In this document: in pieces, positions 27,701-40,779 of the stretch
Layout: the number at the start of each line of letters is the position of its first letter
How positions within the stretch are numbered: position 1 is the stretch's first letter
Made by a program: the position numbers and the translations under genes
Origin: Eledone cirrhosa
Taxonomy: Eukaryota
Reading direction: 5' to 3'
NCBI GenBank assembly: GCA_964016885.1
Contig: OZ024742.1
Span: 148,180,001 to 148,244,000, forward strand
DNA length: 64,000 nucleotides
The notes under the pieces: model-generated
The model's database searches: none
The model's input: only the letters and a program-made list of their open reading frames with translations
Told to the model about the DNA's origin: nothing

Positions 27701-28406
27701 GGCTCTGCCCGTTCGAGAAAAGCTCTATAGACACGGGCGCCCGGGTAGGGACCCCTCGGAAAAGATCTGTCCCAGATGCGTGCGCGACGAGGAAACCGTC
27801 GCGCATGCATTGGTACACTGCCCGGGCGTCGCCGATCTGTGGGGCTATGTTGAACGACTGCTGTCACGAGTGGAACCTATCCGGTTGACCACCGAGTCCA
27901 TTATAACGACCCCCCCCTCTTCAAAAATGAAGGAGAGGCGGTGTTTCTGTGCGTAATAGCCATGGTGAAAGAGCTTGTATGGTGGACGTGTTTGAAAGGG
28001 CTGAGGTCGGGCACCTTCCTCGCCGGCCAACAACTGGTCTTTTTCTTCCGATATCATTTCGGAAGAAGGGTCAGGATGGAGAGAGAGGTGCTCCACCCCA
28101 GCCAGTTTTATGAAAGGTGGGTGAAAGTGGCGAGAATGGCCCGTGTGAATGGGCCTTCTCTCTATATCAGCCTGTAGGTGAAAAAGATGGAAGAAAAAGG
28201 GAGCACCCTCTCTGTGCTCCTGGGGAGAAGGGTTGCACACTTTTTCGGGGGTGTGTGCGACCCCCCAAAACGCCTCCTCCCTATTGAGGACTTTATTGTT
28301 AATTTTATATTTGTTCTTTGTTTTTTACTCCTTCTTTTGTGTAATCTCCCCCCCCCCCCCTTGTATATGTCCCCTTCTTTTGTTGCACTCGTGGCAATAA
28401 ATAGAA
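24703..28406 (+). mobile_element. Tx1/L1-clade LINE, internally deleted and frameshifted
   Basis: ORF1-like N-rich region; APE end SDHKLV..GPGYWKLN; RT NFRPITLLNAELKIL, DQSKAFDRVDH, RQGCPLS, AYADD; C-terminal CPRC..EETVAHALVHC; AATAAA near 28396; candidate TSD ATTTATCTATC (24692-24702, 28407-28417). Confidence 0.9.
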
Positions 28407-28408
28407 AT

Positions 28409-28464
<56 letters not shown>

Positions 28465-28739
28465 ACACATACACGCACACACATGTAGGCACACACACAC
28501 GCACACACACACACACACACACACATATAGATATGTAAAAACCTTTCTGTATCTATAGTAGTCTTGCTCTCTATGTATGTACCTTCGGTCGGTTTTCTTG
28601 GTGTCAGACTTTATAACTGTGGTGTCGACTCTGGACTTAATGTTTGTTTTCAACTTTCGATCCATTGAGGGCTTTGTGATTGCCCCAAACAAATCGAATA
28701 GTACTTGCTGTACAATAGCTAAACTTCGATTGACAATTA

Positions 28740-28802
<63 letters not shown>

Positions 28803-28913
28803 TACCCCCCCCCCCCCCACACACAAATACACCCCCCCCACACACATATATAACACGGTATTTTCCTATCCTCATTCTAGTCTATCTTTCTATTTCTTTT
28901 AATTCTCAGTCTA

Positions 28914-28949
28914 TCTTCTGATAAAAGGCTAACGTCCGAAACGTTAAGA
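28914..28949 (+). ncRNA. Degenerate minimal hammerhead relic
   Basis: tctt-CTGATAA-...-GAAA-cg-TT-aaga; core G8 changed to A and helix II poor. Confidence 0.45.
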
Positions 28950-29162
28950 CACGTTTCCTACTATATCAAGCGTTAAACTAATATATGTCTTCATTGTACT
29001 GCATCGTTTTGCGGTGTTGTTTATCTTTTCACATAATTTGAACAAATCCAGCTAGCCACTGCAGCTGTTGACTAATTAGCTAATTTCTAACACGTGTAAT
29101 ACCTGTATCGACACGAACATTTAGTAGTAAGGTCGATATTTTGGGATTCCTGTAATGATTCC

Positions 29163-29268
29163 GCTTGTTGATGAGGGTTATTACTCTAGAATTTGTTGAC
29201 TATTGGTTTTCAATTAATCGATGACTAACAGATTCCCGCTGTATCCCGAAACAATATACTGTACAAGC
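29163..29268 (+). ncRNA. Type I hammerhead ribozyme with C3-to-U core variant
   Basis: gcttg-TTGATGA-ggg...ccc-GAAA-caatatactg-TA-caagc; 5-bp helix I, long helix II insert, near-palindromic helix III. Confidence 0.7.
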
Positions 29269-29531
29269 TTATAGGCGAATATATGTATTCTGGCAGTTTT
29301 CTGTGTTAAACAACGAAGTTACTGGCTTATTCAAATTATTGAAATTGTGATTATTTTAACGTTTTCATATGTTAAGCTGTTGAATCATTGATTATCTCTG
29401 TTCCACTGCAAAGGTTCCTGCCTGGGACTGATGCCTCCAAACTATTTATCACATGTGTGTGTTCCGAATTGAATTGTTGAGCAAGTTGTAAACAATGAGA
29501 TCGAAATCTTCGTATATCAATCTAAACTGTC

Positions 29532-29579
<48 letters not shown>

Positions 29580-29804
29580 TTAATATATATACATTTAATA
29601 TAATAGTTACAGAACGAAAACACTAACAAATATAATATATGCAAAGAAAAGGAAAAGGGAAAAAAGAAAGAGAAAAAATACGCAAGCAGGTAATACACAC
29701 ATCTTAGGCCACAGAACAATATGCAGGCGAAAGAGTGGTAAACGAGCCGCTACCAGAGCAAAAGATAGCAATATAGCGATGAGCACTGGGAAACCTCTCT
29801 AATA

Positions 29805-30245
29805 ATTTGTGTGGCAGGCCAGCACGCTCGCAGCGTTACCTGGGGTGATGGCGAGGCTGAGGTACTGGAACAACCAAGTGGCCTCACGAGCATCACCAGT
29901 TACCACTGTTTGGTGAACCGCCAGTGAAGATAAGAATCTCGCTGTCAGTAGCCCGACTCCCCCAAACGTTCGAACGCCACAGGCTGGATAATGTAGTTAG
30001 CAGACAGAACACGGTACTTTAGGATATTGTTCCGTTCAGCTGCGGAAGCTGTAGCTCTCGCCCTTACCGCCGCATCCAGAATGTGGGAAGAAGCAAAAGA
30101 GTCACTAACTGTGACGTCCCAGGTAAGGCACCTGCCTCTTGACCAGGAGCACAGAGTAAGACCGTCAAGTCTTTTCCCATCAATTCAAGACAACCCAGAC
30201 GGTTCCAAAATTGAGGGGATGTTTGCCCGGGCCAAAGCTCTTGAG
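29805..30245 (-). pseudogene. CRE-clade restriction-like endonuclease domain remnant
   Basis: Manual translation: RALARANIPSILEPSGLS*IDGKRLDGLTLCSWSRGRCLTWDVTVSDSFA..KYRVL..PVAFE..WLFQYLSLAITPGNAASVL; not in the ORF track. Confidence 0.8.
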
Positions 30246-30295
30246 TGGTAATAGGACAGTGTAAGTATGTGCGCGCGCGTGAGTTTGTCGGCGTT

Positions 30296-31170
30296 CTTAA
30301 ATTAGAGACACGTGTGTGTGTGTCACTGTTTTAAGTTAGAGAGATATATGTGTGTATCCCTTTCCTTCCCTTTACACACACATACATTCACACAAACGCA
30401 TATACATATTGCGTGATGGATGGGTGGACAGAAGTCCCTCAAATTTATATACATGTGAATGGAGTTCTACTGAAGCAGTTAGAGAAGTTCAAGTAGCTTG
30501 GAGCCGTGTTAATGAGTGATGGAATGCAGGAGGCTGAATTAAGTGCAAGAATTTGCAAAAGCTGATGCAGTAAAGCGCCAGCCTCAGCATTCAGCAATCA
30601 GATTAGGGAGGGGGGGGGGGGGGTAAGTGTAAAAGTCAAACTCGCTCTTAAATTAGAGACACTGTTTTTAAGTTAGAGACATATATGTGTGTATCCCTTT
30701 CCTTCCCTTTACACACACATACATTCACACAAACACACATACACATTGCGTGATGGACGGGTGGACCGAAGTCCCTCAAATTTATATACATGTGAATGGA
30801 GTTCTACTGAAGCAGTTAGAGAAGTTCAAGTATCTTGGAGCCGTGTTCATGAGTGATGGAATGTAGGAGGCTGAATTAAGTGCAAGAATTGTAAAAGCTG
30901 ATGCAGTAAAGTGCCAGCCTCAGCCTCTAGCAATCAAATGAAGGGAGGTAGGTGTAAAAGCCAAACTCACTGTCTTCCTGGTATTCCTGCCAACTCTTAC
31001 CGAGGATTATAAATCTTGAGTAATGACCAAAAGAATACAATTGCAAATAAAAGTGGGGGAAATGGGATTCCTCCGAAGGGTTTTTGGAGTAACGTTACTC
31101 GATAAAGTGGATAACTCAGAGACCAGAGAGTCACTCCTGGTAGAGCCGCTACTTCTCCGAATTATGAGCC
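30296..31170 (+). mobile_element. RTE (Rex3/Expander-like) fragment with a ~340-bp local tandem duplication
   Basis: VNGVLLKQLEKFKYLG..SDG..EAELSARI occurs twice (~30450, ~30790); continues GEMGFLRRVFGVTLLDKV; same family as 46210-46640. Confidence 0.8.
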
Positions 31171-31204
31171 TGTTAGAATGTCTCAGTACAGAATCGCTGG
31201 ACAC

Positions 31205-31482
31205 AATAATTATTGTGGGTAAAATGGTGGGTAAAATGATTATTATGGGTTAAGTTGTGGGTAAAATGATTATTGTGGGTAAAATAATTATTGTGGGTAA
31301 AGTTGTAGGTAAAATAATTATTGTGGGTAGTGATAGGTAAAATAATAATTGTGGATAAAAGGATTAATGTGAGTAAAGTGGTGTGTAAAATGATTATTGT
31401 GGGTAAAGTAGTAGGTAAAATGATTATTGGGGGTAAAATGGTGGGTAAAATGATTATTGTGAGCAAAATAATTATTGTGGGT
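31205..31482 (+). repeat. G-rich minisatellite, left flank
   Basis: Modules ATTATTGTGGGTAAAAT and GTGGTAGGTAAAAT. Confidence 0.9.
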
Positions 31483-34400
31483 AAAAAATGGATAAAAAAA
31501 CGGATAAAAAACGGATCCCCCCAATAAAAAACGGTTCCCATATAAAAAATGTATCCCAAATAAAAAACGGACTCCTCAAATAAAAAACGGATCCCCCCAA
31601 ATGAAAAACGGACCACCCCAAATAAAAATCGGATCCCCAATTAAAAAACGGATCCCAAATAAAAAACGGATCACCCCAAATAAAAAAGGGATCCCCCCAA
31701 ATAAAAAACAGAAACCCCAAATAAAAAACAGATACCCCAAATAAAAAACGGATCCCAAAATAAAAAATGGATCCCAAATTAAAAACGGATCTCCCCATAT
31801 AAAATCCAGACCACGCCCAAATAGAAAACGGATTCCCAAATAAAAAACGGACCCCCAAATAAAAAACGGATCCCAAATAAAAAACGGACCCAAATAAAAA
31901 ACGGATCTTCGCCCAAATAAAAAACGGATCCTTAAATAAAAAACGGATCCTAAATAAAAAACGGAACCCCCAAATAAAAACGGATCCCCAGATAAAAACG
32001 GACCTCCCCAAATAAAAAACCGACCCACCCCACAAATAAAAAACGGATCCCTAAACAAAAAACGTACCCAAATTAAAAAACGGATCCCCAAATAAAAAAC
32101 GGACCCCCAAGTGAAAAACGGACCCCAAATAAAAAACGAATCCCCCCAAATAAAAAACGTATCCCCCCAAATAAAAATCGGTTCCCCAATTAAAAGACGG
32201 ATCCTAAATAAAAAACGGATCCCCCCCAAATAAATAACGCCCCCCCCAAAAGAAAATATTAAAAACGGATCCCCCCAAATAAAAAACGGAACACGCTCAA
32301 ATAGAAAACAGATCCCCAAACAAAAAACGGACCCACCAAATAAAAAACGGATCCCCTAAACATGAAACGGACCCCCCCCCCAATAAAAAAAGCATACCCC
32401 CAAATTAAAAACGGATCCCCAAATAAAAACGGACCGCAAATAAAAAACGGACCCCCCCCAAATAAAAAACGAACACCCCAAATAAAAAACGCCCCCCCCC
32501 GCCAAAAAAAATAAATAACGGATCCCCCCAAATAAAAAAAGGAGCCTCCCAAATACAATACGGATCTCCCCAAATGAAAAACGCATCCCCAAATAGAAAC
32601 GTATCCCCGCAAATAAAAAACGTATCCACAAATAAAAAACGGCCCCAAATAAAAAAGCATACCTCCCCCCAAAACGGACCCCCCAAATAAAAATCGGATC
32701 CCGCCCAAATAAAAAATGGATCCCCAAATAAAAAACAGACCCCCCAAATAAAAAACGGATCACCCCCAAATAAAAAACGGACCCCAAATAAAAAACGGAT
32801 ACCCTTCAAATAAGAAAGGGACACCCCAAATAATAAACGGACGCCCCAAATAAAAAATGGATGCCCAATTAAAAAACGGATCGCCCCAAAGTAAAAAACG
32901 GATCCCAAATAAATAAGCGATCTATCCCAATAAAAAACGGATCCCCAAATAAACGGACGCCTGCAAATAAAAAGGACCCCACCAAATTAATAACGGACCC
33001 ACCCCAAATAAAAAATGGACACCAAATAAAAAAGCATACCTCCCCCCAAAACGGACCCCCCAAATAAAAAACGGATCCCCAGATAAAAAAACGGACCCCA
33101 AATAAAAAACGGATCCCCCAATAAAAAAGCAGACCCGCCAAATAAAAAACGGATCCCCAAATAAAAAACGGAGCCCCCCCAAATAAAAAACGGATCACCC
33201 CCAAAACGGACCCCAAATAAAAAACGGTCCCCCCCAAATAAAAAGTGGACCCGCCAAATAAAAAACGGATCCCCAAATAAAAAACGGACCTCCCCAAATA
33301 AAAAACGGACCCTCCCCAAAACGGACCCCAAATAAAAAAACGGATCCCCCAAATAAAAAGCGGACCCGCCAAATAAAAAACGGACCCCCCCAAATAAAAA
33401 ACGCCCCCCCCCCTAATAACGGACCCCAAATAATTAACGGATCCACCCCAAATAAAAAACGGACCCCACAAAATAAAAAAAGAATCCCCCAAATAAATAA
33501 CTAATCCCCAAATAAAAAACGGACCCCCCAAATAAAAACGGATCCCCAAATAAAAAACCGATCTCCCCCAATAAAAAACGGATCCTCAAATAAAAAGCGG
33601 ACGCCCCCAAATAAAAAACGTATCCCCAAATAAAAAACGGACCTCCAAATAAAAAACGGACTACCCAAATAAAAAACGGATCCCTCCAAATAAATAACGG
33701 ACCGCCCCAAATAAAAAATGGACTCCAAATAAAGAAAAAGGGTACACCCCCCCAAAATGGACCCCCAAATAAAAAACGGATGCCCAGATAAAAAACGGAC
33801 CACAAATAAAACACGGATCCCCCCCGATAAAAAACGGACACGCACAAATAAAAAACGGATCCCAAATAAAAAACGTATCCCACCCAAATAGAAAGCGGAC
33901 CCGCCAAATAAAAAACGGATACCCCCCCAAATAAAAAACGGATCCTCCCCAAATAACGGACCCCAAATAAAAAACGGATCCACCCCAAATAAAAAACGGA
34001 CCCCTCAAAATAAAAAAGGATCCCCCCAAAATAAATAACTAATCGCCAAATAAAAAAGGACCCCCCTAATAAAAAACATATCCCCATATAAGGAACGTAT
34101 CCCCAAATAAAAAACGGATTCCCCTAAATGAAAAACGGACCCCCCAAATAGAAAGGGATCCCCAAATAAAAAACGGACTCCCCAAATAAAAAAACGGATC
34201 CCCCCAAATGAAAAACGGATCCCCCAAATAAAAAACGGATCCCTTATTAAAAAACGGATCCTAAATAAAAAACGGATCTCTCCAAATAAAAACGGATCCC
34301 CCCAAATTAATAAAGGACCCCCAAATAAATAACGGATACCCAAATAAAAATCGAACCCCAAATAAAAAACAGTCCCCTCCTCAAATAAAAAATGGACGCC

Positions 34401-37400
34401 CCCAAATAAAAATTGGAGCCTGCCCAAATATAAAAAGGATTCCCTAATAAAAAACGGACCCCCAAATAAAAAACAGACCTACCCAAATAAAAATCGGATC
34501 CAATTAAAAATCGGATCCCAAATAAAAAACGGATCCCCCCCCAAATAAAAAACAGACCTACCAAAATAAAAAAACGGATCCCCCCAAATAAAAAACGAAT
34601 GCCAAAATAAAAAATGGATCCCCCCAAATACAAAACGGACCCCACAAAGAAAAAACGGATCCCCAAACAAAAAAGGACCCAAATTAAAAACGGATCCCTC
34701 CCAAATAGAAAACGGTTCCCCAAATAAAAAACGGATCCCCGCCCAAATAAAAAACGGACCCCACAAAATAAAAAAAGGATCCCCCAAATAAATAACTAAT
34801 CCCCAAATAAAAAACGGACCCCCCAAATAAAAACGGATCCCCAAATAAAAAACCGATCTCCCCCAATAAAAAACGGATCCTCAAATAAAAAGCGGACGCC
34901 CCCAAATAAAAAACGTATCCCCAAATAAAAAACGGACCTCCAAATAAAAAACGGACTACCCAAATAAAAAACGGATCCCTCCAAATAAATAACGGACCGC
35001 CCCAAATAAAAAATGGACCCCAAATAAAGAAAAAGGGTACACCCCCCAAAAATGGACCCCCAAATAAAAAACGGATGCCCAGATAAAAAACGGACCACAA
35101 ATAAAACACGGATCCGCCCCGATAAAAAAACGGACACGCACAAATAAAAAACGGATCCCAAATAAAAAACGTATCCCACCCAAATAGAAAGCGGACCCGC
35201 CAAATAAAAAACGGACACCCCCCAAATAAAAAACGGATCCTCCCCAAATAACGGACCCCAAATAAAAAACGGATCCACCCCAAATAAAAAACGGACCCCT
35301 CAAAATAAAAAAGGATCCCCCCAAAATAAATAACTAATCGCCAAATAAAAAAGGACCCCCCTAATAAAAAACATATCCCCATATAAGGAACGTATCCCCA
35401 AATAAAAAACGGATTCCCCTAAATGAAAAACGGACCCCCCAAATAAAAAGGGATCCCCAAATAAAAAACGGACTCCCCAAATAAAAAAACGGATCCCCCC
35501 AAATTAATAAAGGACCCCCAAATAAATAACGGATACCCAAATAAAAATCGAACCCCAAATAAAAAACAGTCCCCACCTCAAATAAAAAATGGACGCCCCC
35601 AAATAAAAATTGGAGCCCGCCCAAATATAAAAAGGATTCCCTAATAAAAAACGGACCCCCAAATAAAAAACAGACCTACCCAAATAAAAATCGGATCCAA
35701 TTAAAAATCGGATCCCAAATAAAAAACGGATCCCCCCCCAAATAAAAAACAGACCTACCAAAATAAAAAAACGGATCCCTCCAAATAAAAAACGAATGCC
35801 AAAATAAAAAATGGATCCCCCCAAATACAAAACGGACCCCACAAAGAAAAAACGGATCCCCAAACAAAAAAGGACCCAAATTAAAAACGGATCCCTCCCA
35901 AATAGAAAACGGTTCCCCAAATAAAAAACGGATCCCCGCCCAAATAAAAAACGGACCCCACAAAATAAAAAAAGGATCCCCCAAATAAATAACTAATCCC
36001 CAAATAAAAAACGGACCCCCCAAATAAAAACGGATCCCCAAATAAAAAACCGATCTCCCCCAATAAAAAACGGATCCTCAAATAAAAAGCGGACGCCCCC
36101 AAATAAAAAACGTATCCCCAAATAAAAAACGGACCTCCAAATAAAAAACGGACTACCCAAATAAAAACGGATCCCTCCAAATAAATAACGGACCGCCCCA
36201 AATAAAAAAATGGACCCCAAATAAAGAAAAAGGGTACACCTCCCAAAAATGGACCCCCAGATAAAAAACGGATGCCCAGATAAAAAACGGACCACAAATA
36301 AAACACGGATCCCCCCCGATAAAAAAACGGACACGCACAAATAAAAAACGGATCCCAAATAAAAAACGTATCCCACCCAAATAGAAAGCGGACCCGCCAA
36401 ATAAAAAACGGACACCCCCCCCAAATAAAAAACGGATCCTCCCCAAATAACGGACCCCAAATAAAAAACGGATCCACCCCAAATAAAAAACGGACCCCTC
36501 AAAATAAAAAAGGATCCCCCCAAAATAAATAACTAATCGCCAAATAAAAAAGGACCCCCCCTAATAAAAAACATATCCCCATATAAGGAACGTATCCCCA
36601 AATAAAAAACGGATTCCCCTAAATGAAAAACGGACCCCCCAAATAAAAAGGGATCCCCAAATAAAAAACGGACTCCCCAAATAAAAAAAACGGATCCCCC
36701 CAAATGAAAAACGGATCCCCAAATAAAAAACGGATCCCTAATTAAAAAACGGATCCTAAATAAAAAACGGATCTCTCCAAATAAAAACGGATTCCCCCAA
36801 ATTAATAAAGGACCCCCAAATAAATAACGGATACCCAAATAAAAATCGAACCCCAAATAAAAAACAGTCCCCTCCTCAAATAAAAAATGGGCGCCCCCAA
36901 ATAAAAATTGGAGCCCGCCCAAATATAAAAAGGATTCCCTAATAAAAAACGGACCCCAAATAAAAAACAGACCTACCCAAATAAAAATCGGATCCAATTA
37001 AAAATCGGATCCCAAATAAAAAACGGAGCCCCCCCCCCAAATAAAAAACAGACCTACCAAAGTAAAAAAACGGATCCCCCCAAATAAAAAACGAATGCCA
37101 AAATAAAAAATGGATCCCCCCAAATACAAAACGGACCCCACAAAGAAAAAACGGATCCCCAAACAAAAAAGGACCCAAATAAAAAACGGATCCCCGCCCA
37201 AATAAAAAACGGACTCCCACCGAATAAAAAAACGGATCCTTAAATAAAAAACGGACCCCAAATAAAAAACGGAACCCCAAATAAAAAACGGATCCCCAGA
37301 TAAAAACGGACCCCTCCCCAATAAAAAACGGATCACCCCGAATTAAAAAACGGACTCCCCAAATAAAAAACGGATCCCACAAATAAAAACAGATCCCCCA

Positions 37401-39744
37401 AATTAATAACGGACCCCCCCCCCAAATAAAAAAGGGACCCCCAAATAAAAAACGGATCCCCCCCAAATAACGGACGCCAAATAAAAAACGGACCACCCCA
37501 AATAAAAAACGGACACCCCAAAATAAAAAAGGATCCCCCAAATAAATAACTAATGCCCAAATAAAAACGGACACCCCAAATAAAAAACGGATGCCCAAAT
37601 AAAAAACGCCCCCCCCCAAATAAAAATTATATCCCCAAATAAAAAACGGATCCCAAATAAAAAACGGATCCCCCCAAATAAAAAACAGACCTCCTCAAAT
37701 AAAAAACGGATCAGCCCAAATAAAAAACGGACCCCAAAATAAAAAACGGATCCACCCAAATACAAAACGGACCCCCCAAATAAAAAAACGGATCACCAAA
37801 TAAAAAAGAATCCCAAATTAAAAACGGATTCCCCCAAATAAAAAACAGACCACGCCCAAATAGAAAACGGATCCCGAAATAAAAAACGGACCCCCCAAAT
37901 AAAAAACGGTTCCGCGCCCAAATAAAAAATGGACTCCTCCCTCCGAATAAAAAGCGGATCCTTAAATAAAAAACGGAGCCCCCTCCAAGTAAAAAACGAA
38001 TCCCCCCAAATATAAAAAGGACCCACCCCAAATAAAAATGGATCCCTAAATAAAAAACGGGCCTACCCCAAATAAAAAACGGATCTCTAAATAAAAACGT
38101 ATTTCCAAATAAAAAAAACCGACCCCCCAAAAATAAACGGATCGCCCCAAATAATAAACGGCCCCCAAATAAAAACCGGATCCCAAATAAAAAACGGACT
38201 ACCCGCCAAATAAAAAATGAATCCCCAAATAAAAAATGGACCCCAAATAAAAAACGTATCCCCCCCAAATAAAAAACGGACCCCCAAATAAAAAAGGGCC
38301 CCCAAATATAAAAGGACCGCCCCCAAATAAAAAACGGACCCCCAAATAAAAAACGGGTCCCCAAATAAAAAACGGATCCCACCCAAATAAAAAACGGACA
38401 CCCCCAAATAAAAAACGGACCCCTTCGATAAAAAACGGACCCCCCAAATAAAAAACGGACCCAAATAAAAACGGATCCCCCCAAACAAAAAAACGGACCC
38501 CCCAAATAATAAACGGATCACCAAATAAAAAACGGAGCACCCCAAATAAAAAACGGACCCCCCCCCCAATAAAAAACGGACCCCCCATATAAAAAACGGA
38601 TCCACAAATAAAAAACGGACCCCAAATAAAAAACGGACCCCCCCGAAATTAAAATCGGATCCCCAAATAAAAAACGAACCTCCCCCAAATAAAAAACTGA
38701 TCCACAAATAAGAAACAGACCCCAAATAAAATACGGAGCCCCATATAAAAAAAACGATCCCACCCCAAATAAAAAACGGATCCACCCTAATAAAAAACGC
38801 CCCCCCAACCCCCCCCGACCACAAATAAAAAACGGCCCCCAAATAAAAAATGGATCCCAAATAAAAAATGGATCCCCAAATAAAAAACGGACTGCAAATA
38901 AAAAACGGATCCCCCCAAATGAAAAAACGGATCCCGAAATAAAAAACGGACGCCAAATAAAAACCGGATCGCCCAAAATAAAAATCCGACCCTTCCCCCC
39001 ACAATTAAAAAACGGACGCACAAATAAAAAACGGATCCCCCCAAATAAAAAACGGATCCCCAAATAAAAAACGGACCCAATATAAAAAACAGATCCACAC
39101 AAATAAAAAACGGACCCCCCCCAAATAAAAATCGGACACCCCCAAATAAAAAACGGACCCTACCCAATAAAAAACGGAGCCCCAAATAAAAAACGGACCT
39201 CCCCCCAAATAAAAAACGGATCCCAAATAAAAAACGGACCACCCGCCAAATAAAAAATGGATCCCCAAATAAAAAACAGATCCCCACAAATAAATAAGCC
39301 CCCCCCCAATAAAATCCGGTCACACCCAAATAAAAAACGGACACTATCCAATAAAAAACGGAGCCCCCAAATAAAAAACAGATCCCCAAATAAAAAAAGG
39401 ACCTCCCCCAAATAATAAACGGGCCCCAAAATAAAAACGGATCCCCAAATAAAAAAACCGACCCCCCCCCCAAAATAAACGGATCGCCCAAATAATAAAC
39501 GGACCCCCAAATAAAAACCGGATCCCAAATAAAAAAACCGACCACCCGCCAAATAAAAAATGGATCCCCAAATAAAAAACGGACCCCAAATAAAAAACGT
39601 ATCCCCCCAAATAAAAAACGGACCCCAAATAAAAAAAGGGCCCCAAATATAAAACGGACCGCCCCCAAATAAAAAACGGATCCCCCAAATAAAAAACGGA
39701 TCACCCCGAAATATAAAACGGACTCCCCCCAATAAAAAAAGGAT
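31483..39744 (+). repeat. ~8.3-kb satellite of ~19-23-bp units, consensus CCCCAAATAAAAAACGGA(T/C)
   Basis: Direct reading; conserved CAAATAAAAAACGGA core with variable C-rich linkers. Confidence 0.95.
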
Positions 39745-40481
39745 TATTGTCGGTAAATGGTGGGAAAATAATATTTGGGGGTAGTGGTAGGTAAAATAAT
39801 TATTGTGGGTAAAATGATTAGTGTGGGTAAAGTGGTAGGTAAAATGATTATTGTGGGTAAAGTGGTAGGTAAAATAATTATTGTGGGTAAAGTGGTAGGT
39901 AAAATAATTATTGTGGGTAAATGGTAGGTAAAATAATTATTGTGGGTAAAGTGGTAGGTAAAATAATTATTGTGGGTAAAGTGGTAGGTAAAATGATTAT
40001 TGTGGGTAACGTGTTAGGTAAAATAATTATTGTGGGTAAAGTGGTAGGTAAAATAATTATTGTGGGTAAAGTGGTAGGTAAAATGATTATTGTGGCTAAA
40101 TTGGTAGGTAAAATAATATTTGTGGGTAAAGTAGTAGGTAAAATAATTATTGTGGGTAAAGTGGTAGGTTAATGATTATTGTGGTTAAATTGGTAGGTAA
40201 AATAATTATTGTGGGTAAAGTGGTAGGTAAAATAATTATTGTGGGTAAAGTGGTAGGTAAAATAATTATTGTGGGTAAAGTAGTAGGTAAAATAATTATT
40301 GTGGGTAAACGGGTAGGTAAAATGATTATTGTGGCTAAATTGGTAGGTAAAATAATTATAGTGGGTAAAGTGGTAGGTAAAATAATTATTGTGGGTAAAA
40401 TAGTAGGTAAAATAATAATATTGCGTAAAATTGTGGGTAAAATAATGATAGTGGGTAAAATTGTAGGTAAAGTGGTGGGTG
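39745..40481 (+). repeat. G-rich ~30-bp minisatellite, right flank
   Basis: ATTATTGTGGGTAAAGTGGTAGGTAAAATA repeated; same motif and orientation as the left flank. Confidence 0.95.
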
Positions 40482-40779
40482 AAACCAAGAAAGGGAGAAA
40501 GAGGGTAGAAAGTGGAGTAAGGGGGGGGGGGGTAAGGAAAGCATGGGTTGGAAGAGGCAGAAGTGGAAGAAGGGGAGGAAAAACATCAAGGGAAGGAAGG
40601 ATGGAAAAGAGGAAGGAAGACAGCAGGTTAAAGAAATATTGAAAGAGAAGTTAAAATATGGGGAAAAGTAGGGAAGAGGGGTAAAGAGGGATACGAAGTG
40701 TGAAAGTGTGGGAAAGAGGCGGAAAAGGGTGTAATGGGGGAGAATCAACACCACGAGGTCAACCACAAGACAAGGTCAC

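Noticed and set aside
31472-39732. Many overlapping minus-strand ORFs rich in F/G/I/W
   Set aside because: Open in all three frames because the satellite unit rarely makes stop codons; unit lengths are not multiples of three.
31483-39744. CRISPR-like repeat/spacer array
   Set aside because: Linkers are only ~1-9 nt, C-rich and redundant; no cas genes; eukaryotic context.
39745-40481. Telomeric array or GKIIIV-repeat protein
   Set aside because: Not TTAGGG, lies internally, and the ORF merely reflects the 30-bp period.
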